A stretch of DNA of 64,000 nt from Candidatus Saccharimonadota bacterium (GCA_016191105.1 JACPPH010000004.1:1230-65229), one strand, 5' to 3'; shown: positions 8,263 through 18,434, counted from the stretch's first letter. Notes: generated from the sequence alone by a model not told the origin. Program-made: numbers and translations.

Positions 8263-10650
8263 GTGGTAATGAAAAAGGCAAACAAAGTGGAGTTAGCCAA
8301 AGCTTATGAGCCGGCCAAATACGAGGCCGACATTTATTCTTTGTGGGAGAAATCAGGTGCATTTAAGCCCAGCCCTAACGCCAAAGGCGAACCGTTTTGC
8401 ATCATAATGCCACCGCCCAACGCCAATGGCAGCCTGCATGCTGGACACCTAATGTATGTGGTCGAGGATATTGCCGCTCGCTATGCGCGCATGCAGCAGC
8501 GCCCCACCCTTTGGCTACCGGGCACCGATCACGCTGGCATTGAGACACAATTTGTCTACGAACAGGTGCTGGCCAAGGAGGGCAAGACCCGTCATGATCT
8601 GGGCCAAGAGGCTTTTTACAAGGCAGTATGGGATTTTGTGGAGGCTCATAAGGGGAATATTGGCAAACAAATGCGCTCCATGGGCTTTTCGGCTGACTGG
8701 GGCAAAGAAAAATATACTCTCGATCCAGATATAGTTGGGATTGTTTACGATACCTTCGAGAAACTTCACAAGGACGGACTGATTTATCGCGGCAACCGGA
8801 TTGTTAATTGGGATCCAACCACCAAATCAGCTTATGCTGATATTGAAATTACTCATCGTGAGCAAGAAGATGAGCTCTACACTCTCGACTATGGCCCCGT
8901 TCAGATCGCCACTGCTCGCCCCGAGACCATTTTTGCCGATGTGGCCGTAGCTGTTCACCCAGCCGATAAGCGTTTTAAGAACTTGGTGGGTACTGAGGCC
9001 GTTATACCCCTGGTAGATCGACCCATTCCAATAATTGCCGACGACTACGTTACTACAGATTTCGGCACCGGTGCGCTTAAGATTACACCCGGGCACGACA
9101 AAAACGACTATGAGATCGGGCTGCGTCACAACTTGCCACAAATTAGTGTGATTGATCTGGAGGGCAAAACTATCAACATGCCCGAAAAGTATGTAGGTTT
9201 GGATGTAGATGAAGCCAGAAAACTGGCTGTAGAAGACCTCAAGCAGGCTGGTAAGCTTATTAAAACCGAAAAGCTGGTTCACCAGGTGGCAATCCAAGAT
9301 CGTAGTAAGGCTAGAATTGAGCCGTTGATTACCGAGCAGTGGTTTTTGCGGGTTACCGAGCTTAACAAAGCCGTGGTTAAGGCTATCGAGAGCGATCAGG
9401 TTAAATTCTACCCAGCCCGGTTCAAAAAACTAGCTCTCGATTGGTTGGCACAAGAGCACGACTGGTGCATAAGCCGCCAGATCTGGTGGGGCATTCGCAT
9501 ACCGGTTTACTACAAAACCTCTTCGGATCCAAGCAAAGATGCCTATATAATCGCTCGATCGGAAGAAGAAGCCGAAAAATATTATGGCAAAGGTAACTAC
9601 CGAGCTGAAACTGACACCTTCGATACTTGGTTTTCATCTGGTCAATGGCCATTTGCCACACTTATGAGCACTGGTGAGTTTGACCAGTTCTACCCAACCT
9701 CGCTTATGGCCACTGCTCGCGACATCTTACACAAGTGGGTTACCCGCATGATTATGTTTGGCCTGTACAAAACTGGCGAAGTCCCCTTTCGCGATGTTTA
9801 CCTCTGGGGAATGGTTACAGATGAAAAAGGCCAAAAACTGTCTAAATCTAAGGGCAACTACGACGACCCTATGAAGATTACGGCTGAGTATGGAACAGAT
9901 GCCTTGCGGTTGGCTCTAAGTATTGGCATTACACCTGGAAATGATGGAAAGATTAGCGACGAAAAAGTTAAGGGCTACCGTAATTACTGCAATAAGGTTT
10001 GGAATGTTGCCCGCTTTGCGCTGAGCTCCCTACCAGACAGCTTTGACCCTAGCAAGATCGAGCTTAAAACCCCAGCCGACCACTGGATAGTCCAACAGAT
10101 AAACCAAGCCATAAAAGGCTCTACCCAGAGCCTTAACAGCTACAAATACTCCGAAGCCGGGCAAACAGTCTATTCCCTACTCTGGGACGATCTGGCCGAT
10201 AAGTACCTAGAGCATTCTAAGTCTGATCTAAACCCGGCAGTTTTGGTTTACGGATTGGAGACGGTTTTGCGACTTCTCCACCCCTTTGCCCCGTTTGTAA
10301 CCGAGACTATCTGGCAGCAGTTGCCTTGGACCAACTCAAATCTTATAACCGAACAATGGCCGAAAGTTGTCCACAAGCCATCCACAGCTATCGCGCTGAA
10401 GTTTGATCTGGAAATCATCGAAATTCTAGCAGGCAAGCAAAAAGAAGTGGATAAAACCAAAACGCTCAAGCTCAAAAAAGAGATTGAGGCCAAGCAGAAT
10501 CTTGTTAAGATCACTAAATCTAAGCTCGAAAACAGTAGTTTTGTAGAAAATGCCCCCAAAGACGTAGTAAAGGGAGAGCGAGCCAGATTGGTTGAGGCAA
10601 AAAAGCAATTAAAAGAGCTCGAGGCGGCGCTTGAAGAAGCCAACTCCTAA
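8263..10650 (+). CDS. valS: Valyl-tRNA synthetase
   Basis: Class I aaRS HIGH-region variant PPPNANGSLHAGH and KMSKS variant KLSKSKGN. C-terminal coiled coil. The first ATG is at 8269. Confidence 0.9.
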   Translation: MVMKKANKVELAKAYEPAKYEADIYSLWEKSGAFKPSPNAKGEPFCIIMPPPNANGSLHAGHLMYVVEDIAARYARMQQRPTLWLPGTDHAGIETQFVYEQVLAKEGKTRHDLGQEAFYKAVWDFVEAHKGNIGKQMRSMGFSADWGKEKYTLDPDIVGIVYDTFEKLHKDGLIYRGNRIVNWDPTTKSAYADIEITHREQEDELYTLDYGPVQIATARPETIFADVAVAVHPADKRFKNLVGTEAVIPLVDRPIPIIADDYVTTDFGTGALKITPGHDKNDYEIGLRHNLPQISVIDLEGKTINMPEKYVGLDVDEARKLAVEDLKQAGKLIKTEKLVHQVAIQDRSKARIEPLITEQWFLRVTELNKAVVKAIESDQVKFYPARFKKLALDWLAQEHDWCISRQIWWGIRIPVYYKTSSDPSKDAYIIARSEEEAEKYYGKGNYRAETDTFDTWFSSGQWPFATLMSTGEFDQFYPTSLMATARDILHKWVTRMIMFGLYKTGEVPFRDVYLWGMVTDEKGQKLSKSKGNYDDPMKITAEYGTDALRLALSIGITPGNDGKISDEKVKGYRNYCNKVWNVARFALSSLPDSFDPSKIELKTPADHWIVQQINQAIKGSTQSLNSYKYSEAGQTVYSLLWDDLADKYLEHSKSDLNPAVLVYGLETVLRLLHPFAPFVTETIWQQLPWTNSNLITEQWPKVVHKPSTAIALKFDLEIIEILAGKQKEVDKTKTLKLKKEIEAKQNLVKITKSKLENSSFVENAPKDVVKGERARLVEAKKQLKELEAALEEANS

Positions 10651-11485
10651 ACCAGAACAAAAGTTTAATTTTTGGCTGCTAGCGAGCTTGGTATTAGTAG
10701 CTTTGGGGCTGTTGATTGCTACCTGGACACCTCAGATAATCAGCTGGCGAAGCAAGCTAGTCGATAAACTGGTGGCGGAGTCGAATACCCAGAATACACT
10801 TGGCTATCTGAAAGCCGCACACGCCCTGGCGCCAACCGACTCAGTGGCCACCGAGGCTTTGGCCAAATATTATGCCAGGCAGGGTAGTGGCACGGCAGTG
10901 CTCGCAACCTATGAACAGGGCATAAAGCAGCCCAATCAGATTTATCTGGGGAATTTGGCGTTGAGCCTGCAGCAATACGACCAAGCCTTGCAGCATTTTT
11001 ATGTGGCTGAGCGCCAGCAGCCAAGTGCGGCTAGCTTGAGTGGCCAAGCGGCAGTTTTGTTTAATCTAGGTAGGGTAGAGGAGGGCTGTGTTAAGGCCGG
11101 CAACGCCCAAAAACTTAATCTAAATAACACCCAAGCCGCTGGAATGCTACAGATCTGTAATCTACTCAAGGCCAACCCTAATGAGGGCTCTAGGGCCGAC
11201 GCTCAATTGCTAGTTCAAAATCAAATAGCCAGAGTGGGGGAGAAGTGGTTGCTGGCCACAAATGTTAAAACGCCCAATGATTGGCTAAACCTAGCTCGCC
11301 TAGCTGCAGCCCGTGGCGATGCCAAGCTTGCCATAACCCGCGCCGAAGAGGGGATTAAGCTCGATCAAGCTAGTTTGCAACTCAATGAGGTGCTGGTCCA
11401 GTACTACAAATGGGCGGGGGACAGTTCTAACGCTCAAAAATACCAGCGGCGCGCTCAGCAACTGGAGTTCGAAGCCTGGCAATAG
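10631..11485 (+). CDS. Membrane-anchored TPR-like repeat protein (hypothetical)
   Basis: N-terminal transmembrane helix (FWLLASLVLVALGLLIATW), then an A/L/Q/Y-rich helical repeat region. Overlaps the valS stop by 20 nt. Confidence 0.5.
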   Translation: MKKPTPKPEQKFNFWLLASLVLVALGLLIATWTPQIISWRSKLVDKLVAESNTQNTLGYLKAAHALAPTDSVATEALAKYYARQGSGTAVLATYEQGIKQPNQIYLGNLALSLQQYDQALQHFYVAERQQPSAASLSGQAAVLFNLGRVEEGCVKAGNAQKLNLNNTQAAGMLQICNLLKANPNEGSRADAQLLVQNQIARVGEKWLLATNVKTPNDWLNLARLAAARGDAKLAITRAEEGIKLDQASLQLNEVLVQYYKWAGDSSNAQKYQRRAQQLEFEAWQ

Positions 11486-11543
11486 GTTCCACAGGCAATA
11501 ATTTGGTGATTTGTCAAGTTTAAGGCATAAGTACTATTTTCGG

Positions 11544-11582
11544 TTATAAACGAGAGACGCCCCTTGCGGGGAGCCTCTCGTC
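11544..11582 (-). terminator. Rho-independent terminator (minus strand)
   Basis: Minus-strand hairpin cgagaggctccccgcaaggggcgtctctcg followed by tttataa. Confidence 0.5.
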
Positions 11583-11634
11583 GATTGTAGACGAAAGCCC
11601 GAGGGGGGCGTGTGTTCTGGTGACCGGCTTGCGG

Positions 11635-11730
11635 TTAGTGAGCGGAGCTGCCGACAGACGTGTCAGTGACGAGCATGTCGCCGGCTACAAGATCGAGTGA
11701 CTTGAACTTCTTTTTGCTGAGAAGACCCAT
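11635..11730 (-). CDS. Micro-ORF, 31 aa (MGLLSKKKFKSLDLVAGDMLVTDTSVGSSAH)
   Basis: RBS ggagg 5 nt upstream of the ATG and a terminator downstream. Sits in a GC-rich patch. Too short for the ORF track. Speculative. Confidence 0.3.
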   Translation of the reverse strand: MGLLSKKKFKSLDLVAGDMLVTDTSVGSSAH

Positions 11731-11820
11731 TGGTGCCTCCAAGGGTGGTTGGCTGGCCAAAACCAGCAAACGGATTTGAACACTGCGATTCTACTATAAA
11801 TCAGATTGATAATCAATCAA

Positions 11821-11846
11821 AAAAGACCCTCTTTCGGGTCTTTTTA
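11821..11846. terminator. Bidirectional hairpin terminator
   Basis: aaaaa-gaccctctttcgggtc-ttttt, a symmetric A/T-flanked stem-loop. Confidence 0.5.
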
Positions 11847-11854
11847 ATAGTTCC

Positions 11855-11872
11855 TGGCGGAGAGGGTGGGAT
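11855..11872 (-). repeat. 18-nt duplicate of the tRNA-Ser 3' end (tggcggagagggtgggat)
   Basis: Identical to the 3' end of tRNA-Ser(TGA) at 12026-12043, 154 bp away. This is an att-like direct repeat. Confidence 0.65.
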
Positions 11873-12115
<243 letters not shown>

Positions 12116-12389
12116 AGGCTATTTGTTGCTTCGTTTGTGGTTGATCCAAATATTTTTGAGCCAACCTAACGACAATGTCGAAAGTACAAAACCAATTGTT
12201 GGGATAACAGCATTCAGATAGAACTTATCTACTCCTAACAAGTAAAACAGCATGGCCATAAGTAGATAAGTGAGAATCATTATGGCAAACAACCTTGTTT
12301 TACTAGTCTCCCAAGCCTTATCTAATTCAACTCGGTTGTTGCGAGATTGCTTGAATTTCTTTTTCTAAGTCTGCCATTTTGATAATTTC

Positions 12390-12482
12390 TGGCGGAGAGG
12401 GAGGGATTCGAACCCTCGCGGGGGATTACTCCCCCCTACCGGATTAGCAATCCAGCCCCTTCAGCCTCTTGGGTACCTCTCC
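12390..12482 (-). tRNA. tRNA-Ser (anticodon GCT)
   Basis: 93-nt type II tRNA with anticodon loop TTGCTAA and CCA encoded. Confidence 0.9.
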
Positions 12483-12583
12483 GTGCTGGCTTAAAAAGTA
12501 CCGTGTAATTATACTCTACAGGTTGGGAATTGCCAAGAGTAAGTCGTGGACAGGCGCGGGGGAATATAGGATAATAAAGTTCA

Positions 12584-13651
12584 ATGAACGACGATCCAAA
12601 ACCAGGCCAAATTATTGAGCCGGGGTCAGGCTCAAACAGTACGGGCGGCAACAATGCACAACCGACTGGTTTTAGACCTGCGCCTAATCCGTTCGAAACC
12701 CATGCTGGCGCGAGTGCGGCACCAAGTGACATGCCGACAGCCCCAGCGGCACCACCACCAGTGCCACCAGTGCAACCACCGCCTCCACCCAGTATGGAGC
12801 CAGCAGTAAGCCCAGCCGAGACACCACCCACACCAGGATCTGGACACCCGGCTACACCTGAGCCAGTAGTTCCGACACCACCAGTTCCAGCAGCTCAACC
12901 CGCTCCGGTGCCCCAGCCACCCGTTGCTCCTACTGTTGCACCAACCGACAACCCATTGAATACCCAAGACGCAACTCCAACTCCGCCACCAATTGCTCAA
13001 ATGCCCACAGATATGGTTAATACAGAACCACTTCCACCCGCGGCAGCGGCTCCTGTATCCCAAACCACCGAACCGCAGGCGACCCAAGATGATGGCAAAA
13101 AAGCCAAAAAACCAGGGCTTTTGGCCAAATTAGGTCTTGGCGGCAAGAAACCCGAAGCCGATAAACCTCAGCCAGCCGGCCCGCCTGTGCCCGAGGGTAC
13201 GCAGATTAGCTGGCAAGCGCCAGAGTTTGTGCAAACTCACAAGCCGGTTGGCTGGTATTTGCTAGTTGCTGGATTTTTTGCGGTTCTAATTGCCCTGGCC
13301 ATACTGACCCGACAATGGCTCTCGATTGGGCTGTTTGCTCTAATGGGCGCAACTTTGGCAGTCTATGCCAATCGCAAACCGCGAGTTTTAAATTATGAAA
13401 TGACCAATAATCACTTAATGGTTGGCCAAAAACGATACGGCTACGGCGACTTCAATGCTTACTATCAAGGCCATGACTATAACCAGACTGTATTTGATTT
13501 GGTGCCAGACAAACGCTTTGGTACCCTGGTGAGTCTGCCGGCGCCGCACGACATGATCGATCAGATAGATGGGGTATTGGCTGGCAGCTTGCCCAAGGTC
13601 GAACCGCACGACGATGCGATCGATAAGTTCTTTCGAGCCCTTCGCTTTTAG
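12584..13651 (+). CDS. Proline-rich membrane protein (hypothetical)
   Basis: N-terminal P/A/T-rich low-complexity region, two transmembrane helices (WYLLVAGFFAVLIALAIL, LFALMGATLAVYA) and a C-terminal globular part. Confidence 0.55.
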   Translation: MNDDPKPGQIIEPGSGSNSTGGNNAQPTGFRPAPNPFETHAGASAAPSDMPTAPAAPPPVPPVQPPPPPSMEPAVSPAETPPTPGSGHPATPEPVVPTPPVPAAQPAPVPQPPVAPTVAPTDNPLNTQDATPTPPPIAQMPTDMVNTEPLPPAAAAPVSQTTEPQATQDDGKKAKKPGLLAKLGLGGKKPEADKPQPAGPPVPEGTQISWQAPEFVQTHKPVGWYLLVAGFFAVLIALAILTRQWLSIGLFALMGATLAVYANRKPRVLNYEMTNNHLMVGQKRYGYGDFNAYYQGHDYNQTVFDLVPDKRFGTLVSLPAPHDMIDQIDGVLAGSLPKVEPHDDAIDKFFRALRF

Positions 13652-13720
13652 CTATTGACTAAAAGCACCAAAAGTTGTATTATACTCCAGATCTTTGTTC
13701 ATCGACGTCTGGAGATTTAT

Positions 13721-14332
13721 ATGAATACGCAAGACAAGCGCAGTGTGGCTCTAACCGGAGCCATGGTGGCCGCAGGCTTCGTGGCGTACCCCAACATGAG
13801 AAGGGGGGTTGCGCTCGGTGCCCGCCGCTGGCGCAATGATTGGCGAGCAACTGGCTTCGACATCTTGTTGTCCACCAGTGGCCAGGCGTTCTTCTGGACG
13901 CTGGGTCAGGACTTCATTGGTCTGAGCATGCGACCCAAGTGGCTACCAGGCGTGGGGCACGTGCTGGCACGCAAGTTGCAGCCACTCATGCCGCAGACTG
14001 CCAGCTTTGCCTGGACCATGAAGTTTGCCGAGATTGCCTGCGACGCCTTGAAGATGCCGGTCGAAGGCAGGCTGTACAGGCAGTCCGGCATCATTCCCGA
14101 CGGCTGGGCCTGCTTGATTACTCAGCCAGGCTGGAGCTTCATCGAGGTGGCCGACAAGCTGGCCGGGGTGATCCTTTGCCCCGAGCTGGTCAATGACCAC
14201 CAGCAGGTGGAGGACAGCATGAGCAGCATCTACGGCTCAGTCACCCGGTTGGCCCTGTGCTCGTTGTTCTTCTCGACCTTCGGTTCCAAGTCGCTCGAAC
14301 GCAAGCGCCATCCGCAGAAGGTGTTCGGCTAG
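13721..14332 (+). CDS. Hypothetical protein (GC-rich)
   Basis: The ORF track starts at 13655. The ATG at 13721 has an RBS ctggag. GC is about 60%, against about 45% for neighbours. Confidence 0.4.
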   Translation: MNTQDKRSVALTGAMVAAGFVAYPNMRRGVALGARRWRNDWRATGFDILLSTSGQAFFWTLGQDFIGLSMRPKWLPGVGHVLARKLQPLMPQTASFAWTMKFAEIACDALKMPVEGRLYRQSGIIPDGWACLITQPGWSFIEVADKLAGVILCPELVNDHQQVEDSMSSIYGSVTRLALCSLFFSTFGSKSLERKRHPQKVFG

Positions 14333-14463
14333 ACCAAACCAACGCCCACTTCTTAGCGAGCGAATTACGCCCCTAGGAGGTGGGCGCAATTCGTTTAGTT
14401 GTCATTTCGACCAATGTAGATAAATCCGCAAGTAGATCTCTCGACTTCGCTCGAGATGACAAG

Positions 14464-14540
14464 TGGCGCGCCCGGCAGGATTCGAACCTGCGGCCTCTGG
14501 CTCCGCAAGCCAACGCTCTATCCAACTGAGCTACGGGCGC
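14464..14540 (-). tRNA. tRNA-Arg (anticodon GCG as read)
   Basis: 77-nt cloverleaf GCGCCCGTAGCTCAGTTGGATAGAGCGTTGGCTTGCGGAGCCAGAGGCCGCAGGTTCGAATCCTGCCGGGCGCGCCA. The anticodon loop TTGCGGA reads GCG. Confidence 0.75.
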
Positions 14541-14749
14541 TTGTTAGACAACTACTGATAATCCCACAAAAGTTTGCTAATTCTTGTTGAGGTAGTCGCA
14601 AGTTGTCTTTCTCTCAATCCGACAAACAACTTATTTGATTGGTTGGACTGATTAGAGACAAATAATTTTAACTTGGGAATTATAGCTTATTTTTGTTAAG
14701 AAATAAATACTAACTGTATAGATGGGGGCGGGCAGGGTATAATCTCAAT

Positions 14750-16234
14750 ATGACAAAGCTCTTTGGTTGGTTAAAAAAATACCGGCTCAACTTTGCGGCT
14801 TTTGTAAATGGAGCTGTCGTTTTGGTAACAGAGCTAGTGGCTGTGCGGTTATTGTCGCCTTATTTTGGCAGTAGTTTTTTTGTCTGGACTAGTATAATTG
14901 GAGCAATATTGCTTAGCCTTAGCATTGGCTACTGGCAAGGTGGCAAATTGGCCGACAAAACACCAACCTCCAAGTTGTTGGTGATGATTTTGCTAACGGC
15001 CTCTTCTTTGCTGCTGGTATCAGTAGTTGTCCAGCGTGCTGTACTTGGTTGGAGCGTAGGTTTGTTGGGTGGAGAGGTTAGGGTGCAATCTTTGGTGGCT
15101 GCGCTGCTGCTTTTCGCGCCAGCCAATGTGTTTTTGGGTATGGTTAGCCCATTTATTGCCCGCCTAGAACTTCATAGGGTTAGCCTTACTGGCGAAACTG
15201 TTGGCAATATCTTTGCAGCTGGTACCGTGGGCAGTATTGTGGGTGTATTTTTGACTGGTTATGTATTGTTTGGCCTGGTTGGTAGTACGAGACTACTGAT
15301 AGCAATGGCACTGCTTTGCATACTCAATACTTTTTTGGTTGACACGAAAAGCCTATTGCTTTGTAGAACTATCTTGCTGGTAACAGCTCTAGTATTGTTG
15401 TTACGACCGCCAAGCTTTAAGCAAGCCGGCTTTGAAATCCTGGCCGACGTCGATACAGCTTACAGCCGCTATATTGTGAGTAATATTAACTACAAAAATA
15501 GCAAAGCTAGGATCTTACAGACCGATCTGCGGTCTGCTCAGTCGGGTATTGACCCAGCAAAGCCCGGGGAGCTCATATTTGACTATGCCAAGGCTTTTGA
15601 TATTTACAAACTGTGGTTGCAGCCCAAGCGGGCAGCTCTCATAGGCGGGGGAGCCAGTATATATGCTAGTCATTTTGCGGCTCAAAACCCCAACTCTCAG
15701 ATAGACGTAGTAGAAATAGACCCGGCTTTGCAGCAGATTGCGACACAGTACTTTGATTTTGCACCGAGACCAAATATAGATCTGGTGAGCCAAGACGGCC
15801 GGGTGTTCTTGCGGGCAGCCGCAGACAAAAGTTACAACGTAATCTTCGTAGATGCTTATAACAATACTTCGATTCCATTTCAGCTGGTTACTAGGCAAAT
15901 GGTTGAGCAGATGAGTCGGGTGCTGGCCGACGACGGAATTGTGGTAGCAAATGTTATAAGCCAAAACAATCCTACCAAACAGCAGTTTTTGAATGCAGTT
16001 GCCCAGACATACCAGTCGGTCTTTGTAAGTCTAAAAGTTTATCGGGCACCAGAGTTGGCTTACACCGAAGGAAAGGCTAACTATATTCTTGTTGCCCAAA
16101 AACAGACTACGGCACCGAGCCCGACCGAAGATGCGTTTATAAAGCAGCTGCTTAATCGAAAGCTTAGTTTGCGAGGTGGCGGAATGGTTTTGACCGATGA
16201 GCTAGCTCCGGTTGAACAGCTACAAATTGATTAG
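14750..16234 (+). CDS. Membrane-anchored spermidine-synthase-like (aminopropyltransferase) protein
   Basis: N-terminal multi-transmembrane domain, then a C-terminal SpeE-like fold (LIGGGASIYASHF, VDAYNN, DGIVVANV). Confidence 0.65.
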   Translation: MTKLFGWLKKYRLNFAAFVNGAVVLVTELVAVRLLSPYFGSSFFVWTSIIGAILLSLSIGYWQGGKLADKTPTSKLLVMILLTASSLLLVSVVVQRAVLGWSVGLLGGEVRVQSLVAALLLFAPANVFLGMVSPFIARLELHRVSLTGETVGNIFAAGTVGSIVGVFLTGYVLFGLVGSTRLLIAMALLCILNTFLVDTKSLLLCRTILLVTALVLLLRPPSFKQAGFEILADVDTAYSRYIVSNINYKNSKARILQTDLRSAQSGIDPAKPGELIFDYAKAFDIYKLWLQPKRAALIGGGASIYASHFAAQNPNSQIDVVEIDPALQQIATQYFDFAPRPNIDLVSQDGRVFLRAAADKSYNVIFVDAYNNTSIPFQLVTRQMVEQMSRVLADDGIVVANVISQNNPTKQQFLNAVAQTYQSVFVSLKVYRAPELAYTEGKANYILVAQKQTTAPSPTEDAFIKQLLNRKLSLRGGGMVLTDELAPVEQLQID

Positions 16235-16247
16235 TTGCCATATAAGC

Positions 16248-16292
16248 CTATAAACGAGAGAACCCCGCCCCAAGGGGACGGGATCCTCTCGG
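16248..16292 (-). terminator. Rho-independent terminator (minus strand)
   Basis: Minus-strand hairpin cgagaggatcccgtccccttggggcggggttctctcg followed by tttata. Lies downstream of the dipeptidase gene. Confidence 0.55.
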
Positions 16293-16328
16293 AGCGGGGT
16301 TGTGGTATTGCAGTAGGCGGGCTGAGCT

Positions 16329-17351
16329 CTACTCGGGCAGGTTGGCGAGAAGCCACCGGCGAAGTGACTCGCCAAGGATGTCTTCTCGCACTTCCGCTGG
16401 TCCAAGGTGAGCCGCCACGAGACTGGTCTTGATGCGGGGCATGCGCTCGACTGTGTTGAACTGCGGCATGGTGTCAGGGCTGCGGGAGCCTTTCACACCA
16501 GTGGGGTCGAGCTTGGCACGCATCTTCTCGAACTGCACAGCTTGCGCCCCGGTGTCGACTTCGTGATAGACGGCGTCGCTGCCGATGCACACATTGGCGG
16601 AACCGAGCTCGCGGACAGCCTTGCTCAGATGCCACAGGAATGGGCCGATGCCATCGTGAGACTCATCCAGCCCGAAGGTGAGGGTGTAGATGCCCACTAG
16701 GCCACCGACGGCTACTAGTCGCTTGAGCAAGTCGAGCGGCAGGTTGCGAGGGCGCGCCGGATCGGTGGTGCCGGCAAAGATGTCGGCAATACCGCCGTGG
16801 CTGGCCATGAGCTTCGGCTTGCAGTCGGAGTTGTGTCGCAACTCTCCGAAGTGCAGAACGCTTTGGGCGCTCATCAGCCCCACATGGCTGAGGTCGATGA
16901 TCATGCCCAGCTGAGCGCTCTGCTCGATCAAGTGCCAGCCCTCTTCTGTGAGGGGCTGCTGGGGTGTCAGAAACCCACCACCGAAATTGTTGGTGTCTTC
17001 GTAGCATGGCGTGAGGACTCGCACACCTGCGTCGTAGAACTGCTTGAGACCATTGGCGATGCCGTTGTCAGGCGTGGGCATGTTCTGCAAGCTGAGCACC
17101 ACGCCCGTAACGCCGCTTACTCGGCTGAGATATCGAAGATCTCCCTGGCTCAAGATGAGCTGCAAGTGATCTTGTTTCTCGATGCACAAGCGAAAGTCAT
17201 GGACGCTCTCGAGGGTCTGCCCGAAGTTCAGTCCAACCGGGATGGCAGCCGTGCAGATTGCGAGGTTGAGATGCTGCGGCAGTTCGGGTACGGCGATAGG
17301 CGGCTGCATGGGAAGGTTGAGAAATGCAAGAGAATCGGCATAGAAAGTCAT
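16329..17351 (-). CDS. Membrane dipeptidase (peptidase M19-like)
   Basis: GMIIDLSHVG and MASHGG motifs resemble the M19 renal-dipeptidase family. The gene is about 60% GC, unlike the backbone. Confidence 0.6.
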   Translation of the reverse strand: MTFYADSLAFLNLPMQPPIAVPELPQHLNLAICTAAIPVGLNFGQTLESVHDFRLCIEKQDHLQLILSQGDLRYLSRVSGVTGVVLSLQNMPTPDNGIANGLKQFYDAGVRVLTPCYEDTNNFGGGFLTPQQPLTEEGWHLIEQSAQLGMIIDLSHVGLMSAQSVLHFGELRHNSDCKPKLMASHGGIADIFAGTTDPARPRNLPLDLLKRLVAVGGLVGIYTLTFGLDESHDGIGPFLWHLSKAVRELGSANVCIGSDAVYHEVDTGAQAVQFEKMRAKLDPTGVKGSRSPDTMPQFNTVERMPRIKTSLVAAHLGPAEVREDILGESLRRWLLANLPE

Positions 17352-17571
17352 TGCGGTCTCCTTGTGGAGTCGAGGTTGAGTAGAAACGTAAACTGCAAAG
17401 AACCCATGAAATCATCAAAAGCGTAAGCTTCAGATCATCTCACGAATGTGCTAGATATTACAATAAAAGGTTTAGAAAGTCAATGTTATAATTTTATGCT
17501 TGATAATTGTTTTGGTGGTGGTACGATTTGATTGTCCACACACGACTAAAAACAAAGAAACGGAGGAAATC

Positions 17572-17871
17572 GTGGGGGACACGGCGACTGGGCAGGCGCA
17601 AACGACCAGCGAGATTGCTGCGGCAATCGCTGAGAAGGAAAAAGAGGGGCGGCAAGACGTCCTGACATACGAGCAGAAAAGAGCCAAGAAGTACCAAGAC
17701 CTGCTGGACAACTATCCATATGTGGGGTTGTTGCCGGCGGATTCGGTCGACTTCAACAAGACCTACCCTGGGCTTTTTCCGAAAGAAGTCTTCAATCCCG
17801 ACGGCAGTCGCAAGTCGGGCATGAAGACCAAGGCAGAAAAGATGGCTGAGGCCAGTTCTGCTTCAAGCTGA
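17572..17871 (+). CDS. Hypothetical hydrophilic protein (GTG start)
   Basis: RBS aaacggaggaa 5 nt before the GTG. 99 aa. No recognised domain. Confidence 0.35.
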   Translation: MGDTATGQAQTTSEIAAAIAEKEKEGRQDVLTYEQKRAKKYQDLLDNYPYVGLLPADSVDFNKTYPGLFPKEVFNPDGSRKSGMKTKAEKMAEASSASS

Positions 17872-18434
17872 GAGCAACTCGAGCTCAAAGCAACATTGGC
17901 GAGGGGCATCGATGATCTCTCGCCATCAGGGTCGCGAAGTAATGTTCGCGGCTCTTTGCATTGGCAATAATTTAGGGCGTATACTTACGGTGACCCTATC
18001 ACCCTATCCGGAGGTATTGTTTGTACCAACATCATACTTACATCCAGAGACGACATTGAGCAGCACCGGCACGGGGGTGCCGGAGACTTCTCGGTGTTTG
18101 TACTCATATCCGAGGTACCGGCTCTGCACGAGCTGGGTTTCGTCCGCAGTGCCCACTGCGAAGTCTGCTTTGATTGGCACTTCCGGGTCGTAACACCGCA
18201 AGGAGTTGAACTCCACGCGGAAGAAAGCGACTTCAGGGATCTGGCCGAGGCAGTGATCGCGTTGATCGAGGTGAGCTCGTTCCTCGTTGACTTTGATCGG
18301 CAGGGTACTGCCAGGGCGGCGTGACGGCTGAAACCCGAACTGTGCACAGGAAGCTAGCTGTGCCTGGGCACCCCGTGTCCAGGCACAGCTTCTTGCCCGA
18401 GCTATTAACTAGTTTGACAGTTTGGCCAAGAACT

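Noticed and set aside
12436-13087. Minus-strand ORFs (131 and 151 aa) in the 12.4-13.1 kb region
   Set aside because: Their translations are W/R/C- or G-rich. They are antisense shadows of the proline-rich, GC-rich N-terminal coding region of gene 12584-13651. One also runs through a tRNA.
16407-17426. Plus-strand ORFs of 97, 74 and 209 aa and minus-strand ORFs of 114 and 73 aa within the dipeptidase gene
   Set aside because: These are shadow frames of a 60%-GC gene. Only the 340-aa minus frame shows M19-like motifs.
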